This document shows positions 1-10,384 of a stretch of DNA of 64,000 nt, one piece after another. Below the pieces are notes generated by a model. It made no database searches, was not told the origin of the DNA, and saw nothing but the letters and a program-made list of their open reading frames with translations. Position 1 is the stretch's first letter; every line of letters begins with the position of its first letter. Source of the DNA: a virus; IMG/VR virus record IMGVR_UViG_3300028833_000010; one strand, 5' to 3'. A program made the translations under genes and the position numbers.

Positions 1-416
1 GTATCACCGAAAACATAAGACGTGGACGTGTTACTGGCGTTGGACGATTAAACCCAGAGGAGCTGCCTGCTTTGGAATGGAGTGGTTCTTTGTCTTGTTC
101 TTCTTATACCATCAACTTCAACCTTCTGGCTAACAAAATGAAGAAGGGTGCGTTCAGAAACGCTGGTACAGTGGAAGAATGGGCAAACGCTATTCTGCTT
201 CAGGAAGATGGGCTTGAAATTGCTATCCTTCGTAAAGTGAAGGATGGAGCGATTGACAACGAAACTGGTTTGGTTTCTACTAAATATGAGACCTTTGCGA
301 AAACTGTTGGAGCGTTCATGACACGTGAAGGCTTCGATATTCAAGAAGGTCAGATTTCAGGACGTGATACTGAATTTGAGTATTTGGAACCAATTCTGTA
401 TAATGGAATTGTTTAA
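1..416 (+). CDS. 3' part of a virion structural gene entering from upstream of the window (possible major tail/tube protein)
   Basis: The reading frame is open from nt 3 to TAA 414-416; the track ORF 72..416 merely starts at an internal TTG. A strong terminator follows. It lies directly upstream of the chaperone-like ORFs and the tape measure gene. No motif recognised. Confidence 0.45.
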   Translation, partial: ITENIRRGRVTGVGRLNPEELPALEWSGSLSCSSYTINFNLLANKMKKGAFRNAGTVEEWANAILLQEDGLEIAILRKVKDGAIDNETGLVSTKYETFAKTVGAFMTREGFDIQEGQISGRDTEFEYLEPILYNGIV

Positions 417-437
417 ACCAAAATAAACAGTTATAGG

Positions 438-471
438 AAGGTAGTATGTGAATAACGTACTACCTTTTTTA
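438..471 (+). terminator. Intrinsic terminator after the first structural gene
   Basis: AAGGTAGTA (438-446) pairs perfectly with TACTACCTT (458-466) and is followed by a T-run. Confidence 0.7.
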
Positions 472-495
472 TTGTAAATAACTAAATTGTAAGTC

Positions 496-894
496 ATGAT
501 TGAAAGACAGAAAAAATTCAGTATCGGAAAAAAGACGTTCACATGTCAATTTCCCAACGTTGGGCAGATAATTGACTTGGAAAGTCTGAAACAGGCTCTA
601 ACTAATAACCGATATGGGGTTATGGCAGCGAGTGGTGTAGCAAGCATGTATTATGCTCTTGATATAGTTGATGCTATTGCCTTCCTTCAGGTATGCGTTC
701 CGAGTGTGGCGAAGTATTATGATATTAAAAATTACACTGCCCTTGCTCCTGAAGATATCAAGGAATTGGTAGAAGTGTATCAGGAGGAATTGAAACCTTG
801 GTTCGACAATGTAATGGCAGAACTTAAAGGCATAAAACTGAACAATGGCGGAGACAAATCTGAAGAAGAGGTTGAATCTGGAGAGGAAGGTTGA
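496..894 (+). CDS. Tail assembly chaperone-like protein (assigned by position)
   Basis: 132-aa ORF with an ATG start, immediately upstream of the tape measure gene. Acidic C-terminus. Assignment rests on position only. Confidence 0.4.
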   Translation: MIERQKKFSIGKKTFTCQFPNVGQIIDLESLKQALTNNRYGVMAASGVASMYYALDIVDAIAFLQVCVPSVAKYYDIKNYTALAPEDIKELVEVYQEELKPWFDNVMAELKGIKLNNGGDKSEEEVESGEEG

Positions 895-1186
895 TAACTT
901 CCTTTCTTCTTGGCATCAATTCCTTATTGATTATTGGTGGCGTAAAAAATACAATGTGCCATTCGGTTCACCTCAGCATAGGGAAATGAACTTTATTGAT
1001 ATGTATATAGAGTTCCAAGAGGAAGTTGCTATCAATAGAGCTATTAATCATACCGACTATGATGAGGATGAAGTCGAAAATGAAGTGTTAGGATTGACAG
1101 ATACTAATAAGAAAGTTGTTAAAGTAACAGATAAAGAAATTGATGAAGACTTTGATAAATTAGATTTGAGTCAATTTGATAAATAA
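845..1186 (+). CDS. Second chaperone-like ORF, either independent or the downstream part of a frameshift fusion
   Basis: 113-aa ORF in the +1 frame relative to 496..894, overlapping it by 50 nt. Its frame is open only from nt 842. It ends 8 nt before the tape measure start. Confidence 0.35.
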   Translation: MAETNLKKRLNLERKVDNFLSSWHQFLIDYWWRKKYNVPFGSPQHREMNFIDMYIEFQEEVAINRAINHTDYDEDEVENEVLGLTDTNKKVVKVTDKEIDEDFDKLDLSQFDK

Positions 1187-1194
1187 GAATAATT

Positions 1195-3276
1195 ATGGCA
1201 GACGTAACAGTAAACATACGTGGTGACGCTTCCCAACTCCGAAATGAGTTAGACAATGTAAGCAGAAACCCAAGTTCAGACACCTCTGCTCCTACATCTT
1301 CTGAAGGCGGTAGGAGTGGAGGTTCAGCTGCTCCTACATCTTATGAAGGCAGGAATGGGGGTTCAGCTGTTCCTTCTAACGACCGAATGATTGAGGATGT
1401 TCGTAGGGAAATGCAGCAGCGTGGAGTTCTCTTGGTGCCTGGTTCTTCTTCGATGACTCAGATTATCAATCAGTATGGTCAAGCAACGAGAACAGCTGTT
1501 AATGACCGCATTTCGGAAAAGTACGACGCAAGGAGAGAAGACATGCGCAAGCGTATGAGTTCCGACTATGATGCCATTGAAGCCGATATTGATAAGAGGA
1601 GACAGGAAGGACTTCAAAGGCTTGGCCCAAGAGCTAATGACCCATTCTATACTGCTATACTTGACCAGCAATTAGAGCAGGAGAGGCAAAGACAGTACCG
1701 AATAGTAGGAAGTCAATATGACGATGAGGAGGAACAAATCAATCAAGAAGAAGCGAACGAAAGAACGCAAGCTGAAAATGAGTTGACCGATGCTATACGA
1801 GAACTGACAGAGTATTTCAACCGACAATCAAATCAAGGAGGAGGGGGAGATGCACCTGATTCATATATCGGTAAATTACGTGCTCGACAGAAAGAGTTAA
1901 TACAGCAACGTGATTCAGCAGATACTGAGGAAGGAGCTATTGCGGCTTCAAGAAGTCTTGCCGATGTGAACGAACAACTCCGAAGAGTATTGGGAGGAGG
2001 AACTGCTCAACAAGGCAGACCTTATTATGATTCAGTTTTGCAAGGAGTTCAAGGAATACAAGGACTTTTCAATGGACTTCAAAGCGGTGATATTGGAAAC
2101 ACTATAATGGGTGGAGGTTCAGCCATAGCAGGTTTATCAGGCATGAGTATGAAAGCAGCATTACGCTTCTTGGGGTGGGTAGGAGTTGCTGCAGGTGTAG
2201 CGAAGTCTCTGACTGGGACTTCTGATTCATATGAATCAATGGCTGGGTTAGCATCTTTGAGAGCTACTACTGGATATCAAGGTGGTGATGCTTCAAATTA
2301 TTTAGGAGCTATGCTGCCTGACGCTAATTTCAGAGGCATCAATTACACTGACTTTGGTTACAATACAGAGGAATTTGCTGGCAATGCTGTGAGAAGAATT
2401 AGGTCACGTGGTACTTCGGACGATTGGTATACTGAAGCCATGCGTCAAATCGGTTTGGAAAGAAACCTTGCTTTGGCAGAAGGTTCTTTAGAAAAAGGAA
2501 GTCAATATGACCGATATGGATTGAATGTAACAGAAGCAATATCACGTTTGGTAACTATATTGAATGGTATCGAAGGCTCAGGAGTATCTATGGGAGACTT
2601 CACGAGGGTTCAAGAGAAGTACGATATTCAGCAGCAGATAATGGGCTCATATATGAATAGAGCTGACCGACCAAATTATGATGTAGCGAATGCTAATTTA
2701 GCAGCATTCTCAGCAGTTCAAGGTATAACGCAGGATTCAAGAATTGGAACTGATTATCAATCTTTCCAAAACATGATTCAACAACCGATGAACGAGCGAA
2801 TGAGAGCGTTGATATATAGTTCAGTTGCCGACTTATTTCCAGAGACTGGCGGACGCATGGACTTGATTGACCGTGAACTTCGCAATCCTGAAAATGAAGG
2901 TAAAATCATGCAATCTGTTATACAGCGTATCACACAACAGTTTGGAGGCACGGACACTCAGATGGGTTACTTTGCTTTCAAGTCTTTGTTGCCTGATATA
3001 GCTCCTGATCGTTTAGACCAATATATCAGTCAGTTATCTGATACTGGTACAATGTCAGGAAGTATATTGAAGAAGGGAATTGGTAATCAAGAAGATTTTG
3101 ACATAGCTGGAAGACAGAATATGGATTTTTGGGCAGTACAATCTACTGAATTCACTACAGCTTGGACAAAGGGAAAGAATGAAGTTGTTTCAGTTCTCAA
3201 TCAAATTCTTGGTAAGATTACAGGCACAACAACTATGCCTACTCCAAACACAATTAAGAGAGGAGGGAACAACTAA
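1195..3276 (+). CDS. Tail tape measure protein
   Basis: 693 aa. Charged, helical-looking N-terminal third, Gly/Ala-rich hydrophobic core (GGSAIAGLSGMSMKAALRFLGWVGVAAGVA), and the canonical position after the chaperone-like ORFs. A tandem repeat lies near the N-terminus (APTSSEGGRSGGSA / APTSYEGRNGGSA). Confidence 0.65.
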   Translation: MADVTVNIRGDASQLRNELDNVSRNPSSDTSAPTSSEGGRSGGSAAPTSYEGRNGGSAVPSNDRMIEDVRREMQQRGVLLVPGSSSMTQIINQYGQATRTAVNDRISEKYDARREDMRKRMSSDYDAIEADIDKRRQEGLQRLGPRANDPFYTAILDQQLEQERQRQYRIVGSQYDDEEEQINQEEANERTQAENELTDAIRELTEYFNRQSNQGGGGDAPDSYIGKLRARQKELIQQRDSADTEEGAIAASRSLADVNEQLRRVLGGGTAQQGRPYYDSVLQGVQGIQGLFNGLQSGDIGNTIMGGGSAIAGLSGMSMKAALRFLGWVGVAAGVAKSLTGTSDSYESMAGLASLRATTGYQGGDASNYLGAMLPDANFRGINYTDFGYNTEEFAGNAVRRIRSRGTSDDWYTEAMRQIGLERNLALAEGSLEKGSQYDRYGLNVTEAISRLVTILNGIEGSGVSMGDFTRVQEKYDIQQQIMGSYMNRADRPNYDVANANLAAFSAVQGITQDSRIGTDYQSFQNMIQQPMNERMRALIYSSVADLFPETGGRMDLIDRELRNPENEGKIMQSVIQRITQQFGGTDTQMGYFAFKSLLPDIAPDRLDQYISQLSDTGTMSGSILKKGIGNQEDFDIAGRQNMDFWAVQSTEFTTAWTKGKNEVVSVLNQILGKITGTTTMPTPNTIKRGGNN

Positions 3277-4637
3277 TGGCAGAGACTACTCATAATAATA
3301 ATGATTATATCTTGCTTTATAATAGAGGCAAGAGAATGACCATATCAGACTATATGGAAAGGAATTATATTTATGGTATAAGTCCTCAAGAGTTGTTTGA
3401 CCTTAATAAGGATTTGATATGGCAACAATACACTGAACTTGATAAGGAAATAGAAAAGTCTGTAAGCGGTAAGTGGCCAGAGAGTGCTGACGACCTATCA
3501 TTGCAGTCCTGGCTGCCAGCTCCATGCGTTCTCCGAATAAATCCCAGTAAGGTTACGGCTGAGTTGGCAATAGCTCAAACAAATGCCCAAGTTAATACAG
3601 ATGACTTTTATGCGTTCGCTGCTGATAAGATACAAGATATATACCAAGATGAAGGTTATCGTGTAGCAGATAGCTCCAAACGAAGTCCTGATTGTTCAGT
3701 TCTTGGATGGTTCAAAAGTCTCTATTATGTAGGACTTGACTCAAAGGGAAAGAAAACTGGTAAAATAGAGCGTCAAGACTTCACAGAATTTGCTGACTTG
3801 AGCCGACATATAATTTCGCTTGCTACTTCGGTAACATCTAATGGAGGGAGTTTTACAATAAGGCTTCCAATCATTAGTGCCCGAAGCGAAGGAGTTTCAG
3901 TCATATACGAGGTGCTGAAGGGTGAGAACGGAGAAAAGATACATGGTGATATGTTAGGTCAAAAGGGCAATGCTTCCAAGAATGACGTTACATACGAATA
4001 TGGAAATAAAGGAGAGTATTATGATAAATCAAGTTTTGATGATATTGAAGCTAACTATTTCAATTGGTTGATAAGTTCTAACGACATTCTGTTTATTTCT
4101 TTTGAGAAACTTGATATGGAATTAGTCAAAGAAACAGCCAATTGGTATAGCGGTGATGCAGATAATTTCAAGATAGGCACTAAACTTGCTGAAGGTATAT
4201 ATGATATGATAGGTTTGGTAGATGAAGTAAAAGTTGTTACTAATTCTCAATCTTCGGATGCATATGTTGAAATCACTGGACGAGACTTGATGAAACTCTT
4301 GATTGAGGATGGTTCATTTTTCTTCAACCCATCTACTACTTCAGACCCAAGCGGAGTATTTGCTAATGAACAGAGCTATGGGAAGCAAGGAGATATTCGT
4401 GAAGCGGATGTTATGAATAATACCTATAACAATCCAATCAACAGACTTCGTAGAGTAACTGGAGAGATTGATATTTTTGCTAATCGAATCAATATGGATA
4501 TAAGCTATATTCTGAAAGGTGTTATTTCTCAGCTTGCCAACGTAGAAGTAGTGCCAGGATATGTCTTTGAAACTTGGGGTGAAGATAGAACTAAGTACAT
4601 AGAGCTTGAACCAGAAAAGAAGGAAAACAATGGCTAA
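3276..4637 (+). CDS. Tail tip/baseplate structural protein (distal-tail-like by position)
   Basis: 453-aa ORF whose start overlaps the tape measure stop (TAATG). Assignment rests on position only. Confidence 0.4.
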   Translation: MAETTHNNNDYILLYNRGKRMTISDYMERNYIYGISPQELFDLNKDLIWQQYTELDKEIEKSVSGKWPESADDLSLQSWLPAPCVLRINPSKVTAELAIAQTNAQVNTDDFYAFAADKIQDIYQDEGYRVADSSKRSPDCSVLGWFKSLYYVGLDSKGKKTGKIERQDFTEFADLSRHIISLATSVTSNGGSFTIRLPIISARSEGVSVIYEVLKGENGEKIHGDMLGQKGNASKNDVTYEYGNKGEYYDKSSFDDIEANYFNWLISSNDILFISFEKLDMELVKETANWYSGDADNFKIGTKLAEGIYDMIGLVDEVKVVTNSQSSDAYVEITGRDLMKLLIEDGSFFFNPSTTSDPSGVFANEQSYGKQGDIREADVMNNTYNNPINRLRRVTGEIDIFANRINMDISYILKGVISQLANVEVVPGYVFETWGEDRTKYIELEPEKKENNG

Positions 4638-6297
4638 TTATAAAACATTCTATAAAGGTTTTTTAGTAGGTCAATCGCAACTTATAGTTACGAGTGATTT
4701 TGGTAAAAGACATGTTGACGGTAAAATCAAAAACCATAATGGTATTGACTTTGGCGTTCCTGTTGGTACTGTTTTGAAAGCTCCTTTGGGCGGTAAGATT
4801 ATAACAAAGCAAGTTCAAAAGAACGGAGCTGGATTGTGCGTTACTATTCAACATCAGGTTGAGATGGGTGTGTATATCTATATTTTGTTAATGCACCTTC
4901 ATTCTGTTGATAGTCATATCTACGTGGGTTATCAGATAGCCGAAGGAGAACGAATTGGAACTACAGGAGGAGCAAAAGGAGACCCAAATGCAGGTCATTC
5001 TACTGGCCCACACTTACACTTGGAAGTACGAAAGGGAGGAAATTCAAGTGGTAATGCAGTTGACCCCAAGTATTGGTTTTTAGCAAAAGAACGATTAGTT
5101 TCAAAAAAGACTGGAAAGATACTTAATTATGGAGACTCATCTTGGTTAAGTTTTTCTGGAAGTGAAATCAAAACTCAAGCTGCTTATAAGTATTCTGCTC
5201 ACTCTGATATAACAGTTTTAGATGCTACAGAATATACTCCAAAGAAACAAACAAGACAGAATGTAGTAGCAAAAGAAAGATTAGCACCTGGTATATGGCA
5301 AATAACGAAACTTTTGGTTGATAGTTCGGTTGCTGATAAACAAGTTCTTGATTCAGGAATTTCAACCCAGCAAGGCTCTTTATTGAATTTCTTCCGAAAG
5401 GTATGTCAGGAGCCGTTGGTGGAGTTTATGGGAGATACATTTGGTAATCAATACTATTGGATTGTTCGTAAACCGCCTTTTGATAAAGAGAGTTTCACAA
5501 AGATGATTGACCTTACTTTGATAACTCTTGATGAAGCGGATATATTAACAACCGACATTACTTGGAATAATCAAGGAATATACTCATGGTATCAATATGT
5601 ACCTTATGCTGACCTACTTGGCATTAGAGAAGCTAATTTGTTTATGCCTGCAGTGTTCTTTCCAGAGTTTGCATCTGTTTGGGGAAGTAAACCGCTTTGC
5701 GTAGAAAGTAATTATTTCAACTACGCTTTCTCTGGACGTTTTAACTCCGATAAATCAGAAAATTCTCAGAATGGTGATAGAATTATACGCAACGCTGTGC
5801 GTGATTTTAAGTTTCTTATTGAAAGTAATGCTTACAATGCCTTCACCAGAAGAGGAACAATAACATTGATTGGAGACAGACGTATCAAAAGAGGTACTGT
5901 CATAATGCTTCCGACTTCTGGTGAGATATTTTACGTGGATGCTGTTACTAATACATATGACGTAACAACGCAAGGTGTGAACAGAATAACTACCTTGCAA
6001 GTGTCCAAGGGAATGTATCCTGCTTACATATATGGCAAAGAAATAGGATTGAAGAAATTCAGTTATTTCAATATCATAGACTTCGGAGAAGATTTTGATA
6101 TTGAAAAGATAACGGCTGATAATTGGAAGGACTATATTTCAAAGTGGAAAGTGAATGTTGATAATTTCGGCTTTTTCATGTCTAAACAACAATTATATTG
6201 GGAGAACATCAATAAGTATAGTATGATGGCAACAGGTAATGATTCATTTGAGGTAGTTGTTACCAAAGAAGATGCTATGACGGTCAAAAAGAAATAA
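4630..6297 (+). CDS. Tail-associated peptidoglycan hydrolase with an N-terminal M23 (LytM-type) peptidase domain
   Basis: Carries HNGIDFGVPVGT (HxxxD) and GPHLHLEV (HxH), the M23 metallopeptidase signatures. I placed the start at ATG 4630, which overlaps the upstream stop as ATGGCTAA, rather than the track's TTG at 4606. Confidence 0.75.
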   Translation: MANYKTFYKGFLVGQSQLIVTSDFGKRHVDGKIKNHNGIDFGVPVGTVLKAPLGGKIITKQVQKNGAGLCVTIQHQVEMGVYIYILLMHLHSVDSHIYVGYQIAEGERIGTTGGAKGDPNAGHSTGPHLHLEVRKGGNSSGNAVDPKYWFLAKERLVSKKTGKILNYGDSSWLSFSGSEIKTQAAYKYSAHSDITVLDATEYTPKKQTRQNVVAKERLAPGIWQITKLLVDSSVADKQVLDSGISTQQGSLLNFFRKVCQEPLVEFMGDTFGNQYYWIVRKPPFDKESFTKMIDLTLITLDEADILTTDITWNNQGIYSWYQYVPYADLLGIREANLFMPAVFFPEFASVWGSKPLCVESNYFNYAFSGRFNSDKSENSQNGDRIIRNAVRDFKFLIESNAYNAFTRRGTITLIGDRRIKRGTVIMLPTSGEIFYVDAVTNTYDVTTQGVNRITTLQVSKGMYPAYIYGKEIGLKKFSYFNIIDFGEDFDIEKITADNWKDYISKWKVNVDNFGFFMSKQQLYWENINKYSMMATGNDSFEVVVTKEDAMTVKKK

Positions 6298-6301
6298 AAT
6301 T

Positions 6302-7192
6302 ATGGAAGAAGAAGCAATTGGAATACAAAATTTGGATACTGGTATTGGTTCAGCTGGAGTAGGATTTGTTGTCGTACCTTCGGAGGTTGACCGAATTCAG
6401 TATATAAATGATTGCTACCGCACTAACACTCTGACTATAAACGGAGGTAAGGGATATGGATATTTCAGTGGCGTACATGCTGATATAAATGTTATGCAAT
6501 GCATAAAGTTCCCTACTGATGAAGAGAATAGAGGAACGCCAGTGGTTTGGGTTAAAGATGCTGTATCACAACTTCCTGTTATTGTAGCTGTATTGAGGAA
6601 ACAAGGTGATTATTATTCGTTGGATGAAAATCAATACCGCTTAAAAAGGGGAACAGAAACAAGAAATGTTGAGATATTTATTGACGGCAATACGGCTGGT
6701 TTAGATATAACAGTATTAGGAGACAAAGATGAACCTGCTAATATTGATATCAAGTTAAGCTCTGAGAACGCTGATTCAGTTTTGAATGTTTCTTGCGACA
6801 ATGAAATAAATATTATTGGTAATAAATCAGTAAATGTAGTTACTAATCATAAGGCTGTATTAAAAGTCAAGGAGAAGGGTGAAGAAAAAATGTCTTTGTC
6901 TTATGAACTTGGCGTAGGGTTGAATTACAAAGATGAATTTGAAAACGAGGTAGTTGCTAAAGATGGAGAAGTTAATATCATTAGCAATAAAATAAACCAC
7001 AATAGCGGCAAAGAGCCGATGGTATTGGGGAATACGTTAGCAGACCTTCTTGATGAATTTCTGAAAGCAGTTCAGAAAATAACAGTCATATCGCCAGTAG
7101 GTCAAACTTCCGTTCCTGTTAATATAGGAGACTTTGCTGCCATACAAGCTAAGTTAAATACAATTAAAAGTAAAATTTCTAATCTTGATTAA
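6302..7192 (+). CDS. Baseplate hub/central spike-like protein
   Basis: 296 aa. The repetitive segment (NVEIFIDGN..LDITVLGD..NIDIKLSS..) looks like beta strands. It sits between the lysin and the baseplate genes. Assigned by position and composition only. Confidence 0.35.
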   Translation: MEEEAIGIQNLDTGIGSAGVGFVVVPSEVDRIQYINDCYRTNTLTINGGKGYGYFSGVHADINVMQCIKFPTDEENRGTPVVWVKDAVSQLPVIVAVLRKQGDYYSLDENQYRLKRGTETRNVEIFIDGNTAGLDITVLGDKDEPANIDIKLSSENADSVLNVSCDNEINIIGNKSVNVVTNHKAVLKVKEKGEEKMSLSYELGVGLNYKDEFENEVVAKDGEVNIISNKINHNSGKEPMVLGNTLADLLDEFLKAVQKITVISPVGQTSVPVNIGDFAAIQAKLNTIKSKISNLD

Positions 7193-7195
7193 ATC

Positions 7196-7450
7196 ATGGC
7201 ACTGGATACTAATACATTGAAAGTCACTTTGACCGAAAAGATTATGCAAGCACTGAACGCTCCGATAAGCGAGAAGTCAGATTCAAACGAAGTTAAAAAG
7301 GCTTTTGCTACTGCTGTAGCTACTGCTGTTGCCGAAGGAGTAGATGTTTGGATAAAGACGGCAACTGTTACTGTTCAGCCTGGTATTCCAGTATCTACTT
7401 CAGGAGGAGCTGGAGCGACAAGTGGGCCAGGCACTGGAACTATATCGTAA
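7196..7450 (+). CDS. Small virion-module protein
   Basis: 84-aa ORF with a Gly-rich C-terminus, tightly spaced within the structural operon. Confidence 0.35.
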   Translation: MALDTNTLKVTLTEKIMQALNAPISEKSDSNEVKKAFATAVATAVAEGVDVWIKTATVTVQPGIPVSTSGGAGATSGPGTGTIS

Positions 7451-7487
7451 TAAGCAGTTATAAAGTTGATAAAATATAAATAAAGTT

Positions 7488-8270
7488 ATGGCATTTTTGA
7501 ATCAATCTGGTAGAATAGCAGGAAGTACAGTCAACAGTGTAGTTGAGAACGCAAGAGAAGCGTTAGCAACTGTTGGAAAGGCTGCACTTCATACACTCGC
7601 ACCAGACAACTTTGAATACTATATGTGTTCATTAGAGTTGTTAGATAGTTCTGGAAATACCAAAGGATTTATGACCTTTGTTGTTATGCCTAACAACATA
7701 TTGGAGAATAAGACTCAAATTGCTACCATAACTAAAACCAATAAAGGAGTTTCAACTCTGTTCAATTCAACCTTCGTTCCAATAGATATTTCAATTCAAG
7801 GTACGTTTGGTAGAAAGTTCAGATTGTTATTGGGTATGAAAGAGACAGAAAACGTTTCAACAATTCCTTTCTTTGGAGGCAATATGGGTTTTAGCGTTAT
7901 GGATAGTGATGTTTTGATAAAGACTGGATATGGACTTACAAAGATGTTGAAGAATATGGTTGATGCTTCTAATAAGCTGGATGATAACGGCAATCCATGT
8001 ATCTTGATATTCAACAATTATGCTTTGAATACTCACTACGTTGTAGAAGTAATGCAAGCCTCATATTCACAGAGCGTTGAAAATAACATGCTTTGGTACT
8101 ATTCTTTGGAGATGAAAGCCGTTGCACCTGTATCTGCTGTTAGAAATCAAAAGGAACAAAATTCCAAGTTTCTAACAACAGTTGCTTCAGGAGCTATTGC
8201 GAAGAGAATAGGTAATGTTTTGAAAGATGTTTCACGTGCTACCTTCGGAGCGTTAAATATTGGTATATAA
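7488..8270 (+). CDS. Baseplate-module protein
   Basis: 260-aa ORF in the structural operon. No motif recognised. Confidence 0.35.
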   Translation: MAFLNQSGRIAGSTVNSVVENAREALATVGKAALHTLAPDNFEYYMCSLELLDSSGNTKGFMTFVVMPNNILENKTQIATITKTNKGVSTLFNSTFVPIDISIQGTFGRKFRLLLGMKETENVSTIPFFGGNMGFSVMDSDVLIKTGYGLTKMLKNMVDASNKLDDNGNPCILIFNNYALNTHYVVEVMQASYSQSVENNMLWYYSLEMKAVAPVSAVRNQKEQNSKFLTTVASGAIAKRIGNVLKDVSRATFGALNIGI

Positions 8271-9190
8271 TGGAATCAATAGTATTAGAATTTGAACAAG
8301 TTACAAAATATCCACTTATCCAGTTCTTGGCTAAGTATCGGAGTTTCATGCTCAATTCATATCCTGAAATAAACCGATATTTTTCAGGACAAACAGAGGG
8401 TATTGATAACTCACATTTGATATTACTTCGGGAGCTTACTTCAGAATGTAAGGATGTTATGGCACAGTTCAAGAACTTCGCAAATAAGTTCGCTACTTGT
8501 GGATATTGGGAGCTGATGGATTATTTGGAAGATTTGAATACAACTATTGAAAAAATCAATAAACTTCCGAAGTTCCGCAGAACTTCTATAACTAAGAGAG
8601 GTTATCAACCTTTCATTCAAGTTGCTTCATCAGTAGGAGGTTACAGAACAGTGGAAGATGTAGCAAACTCCGTTAAACAAATCAACCAAGACAATTCAAA
8701 CTGGATTGACTTGATGTTGAGTAACGATATGAACGAAGGAGACTGGGAGATTGATAAACTCACTCCGATGAACGTTCTTGTAAACAATCAAGTAGATGTT
8801 GTTGTAACCACTATACTTGACCAGCCTATCGGAAAACGGATATATGGAAAAGATATTGCGAGGAAGATTACATTCAAATCTAATGATTTGGATATTGTAG
8901 AGTTCCAAGCTAACATAGAGCAAAAATGTGATATTCTGTTGGAGCTTAATCGGGGTGATGTTCCAGAAAATATGCTGTTTGGTAAAAACTCTAAACTAAT
9001 CACTGGAGTTAATACCAAAACATTCGCCTATCCTGAATTGGTATCTGATATTCAAAACAATTTCTTACAGAATGATTTGTTTGAATACGCTGTTATTACT
9101 GACTTTGCTTACGATAATGGAAGTATGACGATAACAGTTGAGATAAAAACAAAGTACAGTTATAAAACTGAGAAAAAAATAGTGATATGA
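8270..9190 (+). CDS. Baseplate-module protein
   Basis: 306-aa ORF with TAATG overlap to the upstream gene and ATGA overlap to the downstream gene. Confidence 0.35.
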   Translation: MESIVLEFEQVTKYPLIQFLAKYRSFMLNSYPEINRYFSGQTEGIDNSHLILLRELTSECKDVMAQFKNFANKFATCGYWELMDYLEDLNTTIEKINKLPKFRRTSITKRGYQPFIQVASSVGGYRTVEDVANSVKQINQDNSNWIDLMLSNDMNEGDWEIDKLTPMNVLVNNQVDVVVTTILDQPIGKRIYGKDIARKITFKSNDLDIVEFQANIEQKCDILLELNRGDVPENMLFGKNSKLITGVNTKTFAYPELVSDIQNNFLQNDLFEYAVITDFAYDNGSMTITVEIKTKYSYKTEKKIVI

Positions 9191-10383
9191 TTACAAAGAT
9201 AACACCTGTTAATGAGCTCAAGCTCATGTTCTTGGAAATACTCCTGAACAAAACAGATAGAATTAACGACATTGGAGCTGAATCAGTTTTGAACGGCATT
9301 GCCTTCGGTTGCGCTAAGGTAGGCCAGAAATGTCTTGTGAATCAAGCTATCGTGGAAGGTCATATTTTTCCTGATACAGCTTATGGAGTTTATTTGGATG
9401 AGCTTGCTGCTATTCGTGGCGTTTCTCCGAGATTTGGTGCGTCAGCAAGTTCTACTTATGTTCGACTTATTGCTGACGAGGGAACAACTTATTTTAAAGA
9501 CGTTCACACCTTTATCAGTACTTCTGGAATAACATTTTCATTAGAAGAGGATGTTGTAATTGGCGTGAACGGATATGCTTATGCAAAGGTACGTTGCGAC
9601 CAGGAAGGACTTAATACCAATGTTGACCCTTTGTCTATTAATAAGGTTAATCCAATACCGACTGGCCATTTGACTTGTACTAATGAATACCGAGCAACTG
9701 GCGGACGAGACGAAGAGGATGACGATTTGTTCCGTCAGAGAATTAAAGACAGTATCAATCAACTCGCAAGAACAACTCTATCTTACTTGGAGCAAGTTTT
9801 TATGAAAATCAATCCGAATGTATTAAGACTTTATAAAGGAGGTATTGATGAAGATGGACGATTGAACCTTATTGTCGTATCAGTAAATGGACAAGATTTC
9901 ACAGACGATGAATTCAATGAAATATTGAGTCTTTCAGAGGAGTATTTGTCGTTATCAGAGCTTTTGAGGATTTCAAATGATTATGCGTTGAAACTAAACA
10001 ACGTTGATTGGTTACCTGTTGATATTGAGTTCCGAGTAGACATTGACCCTGCTTATGACCAAGACAGAGTACGAAGGGAAATACAAATTCAAATGTCGAA
10101 GTTGTTCGATTATCGTTTTTGGAAGTATGGAGATAAGGTTGAGTGGGAAAACTTATTGTTCGCTGCTAAGAATGTAGATGGAGTTCGATACGTGCCTGAT
10201 ATACACTTTTATCCTCACGCTGATATAAATGTACCGAAATACCGACTTCCACGTGTTAGAGGGTTTGTAATGCGTGACCTTGACGGTAATATAATAGAAG
10301 ACAACGGAGGAGTTTTGGCAGAGGTTTATTATCCAAATGAAATTGATACTTCATTCCAGTCATCTGTATTAACAAACATCTGA
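9187..10383 (+). CDS. Baseplate J-like (gp6/gpJ family) wedge protein
   Basis: 398 aa. Its overall pattern (..LNGIAFGCAKVG..YLDELAAIRGVSPRFGASAS..VRL..; ..VRCDQEGLNTNVDPLSINKV) matches my recollection of the Baseplate_J family. The baseplate context agrees. Confidence 0.5.
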   Translation: MITKITPVNELKLMFLEILLNKTDRINDIGAESVLNGIAFGCAKVGQKCLVNQAIVEGHIFPDTAYGVYLDELAAIRGVSPRFGASASSTYVRLIADEGTTYFKDVHTFISTSGITFSLEEDVVIGVNGYAYAKVRCDQEGLNTNVDPLSINKVNPIPTGHLTCTNEYRATGGRDEEDDDLFRQRIKDSINQLARTTLSYLEQVFMKINPNVLRLYKGGIDEDGRLNLIVVSVNGQDFTDDEFNEILSLSEEYLSLSELLRISNDYALKLNNVDWLPVDIEFRVDIDPAYDQDRVRREIQIQMSKLFDYRFWKYGDKVEWENLLFAAKNVDGVRYVPDIHFYPHADINVPKYRLPRVRGFVMRDLDGNIIEDNGGVLAEVYYPNEIDTSFQSSVLTNI

Positions 10384-10384
10384 T

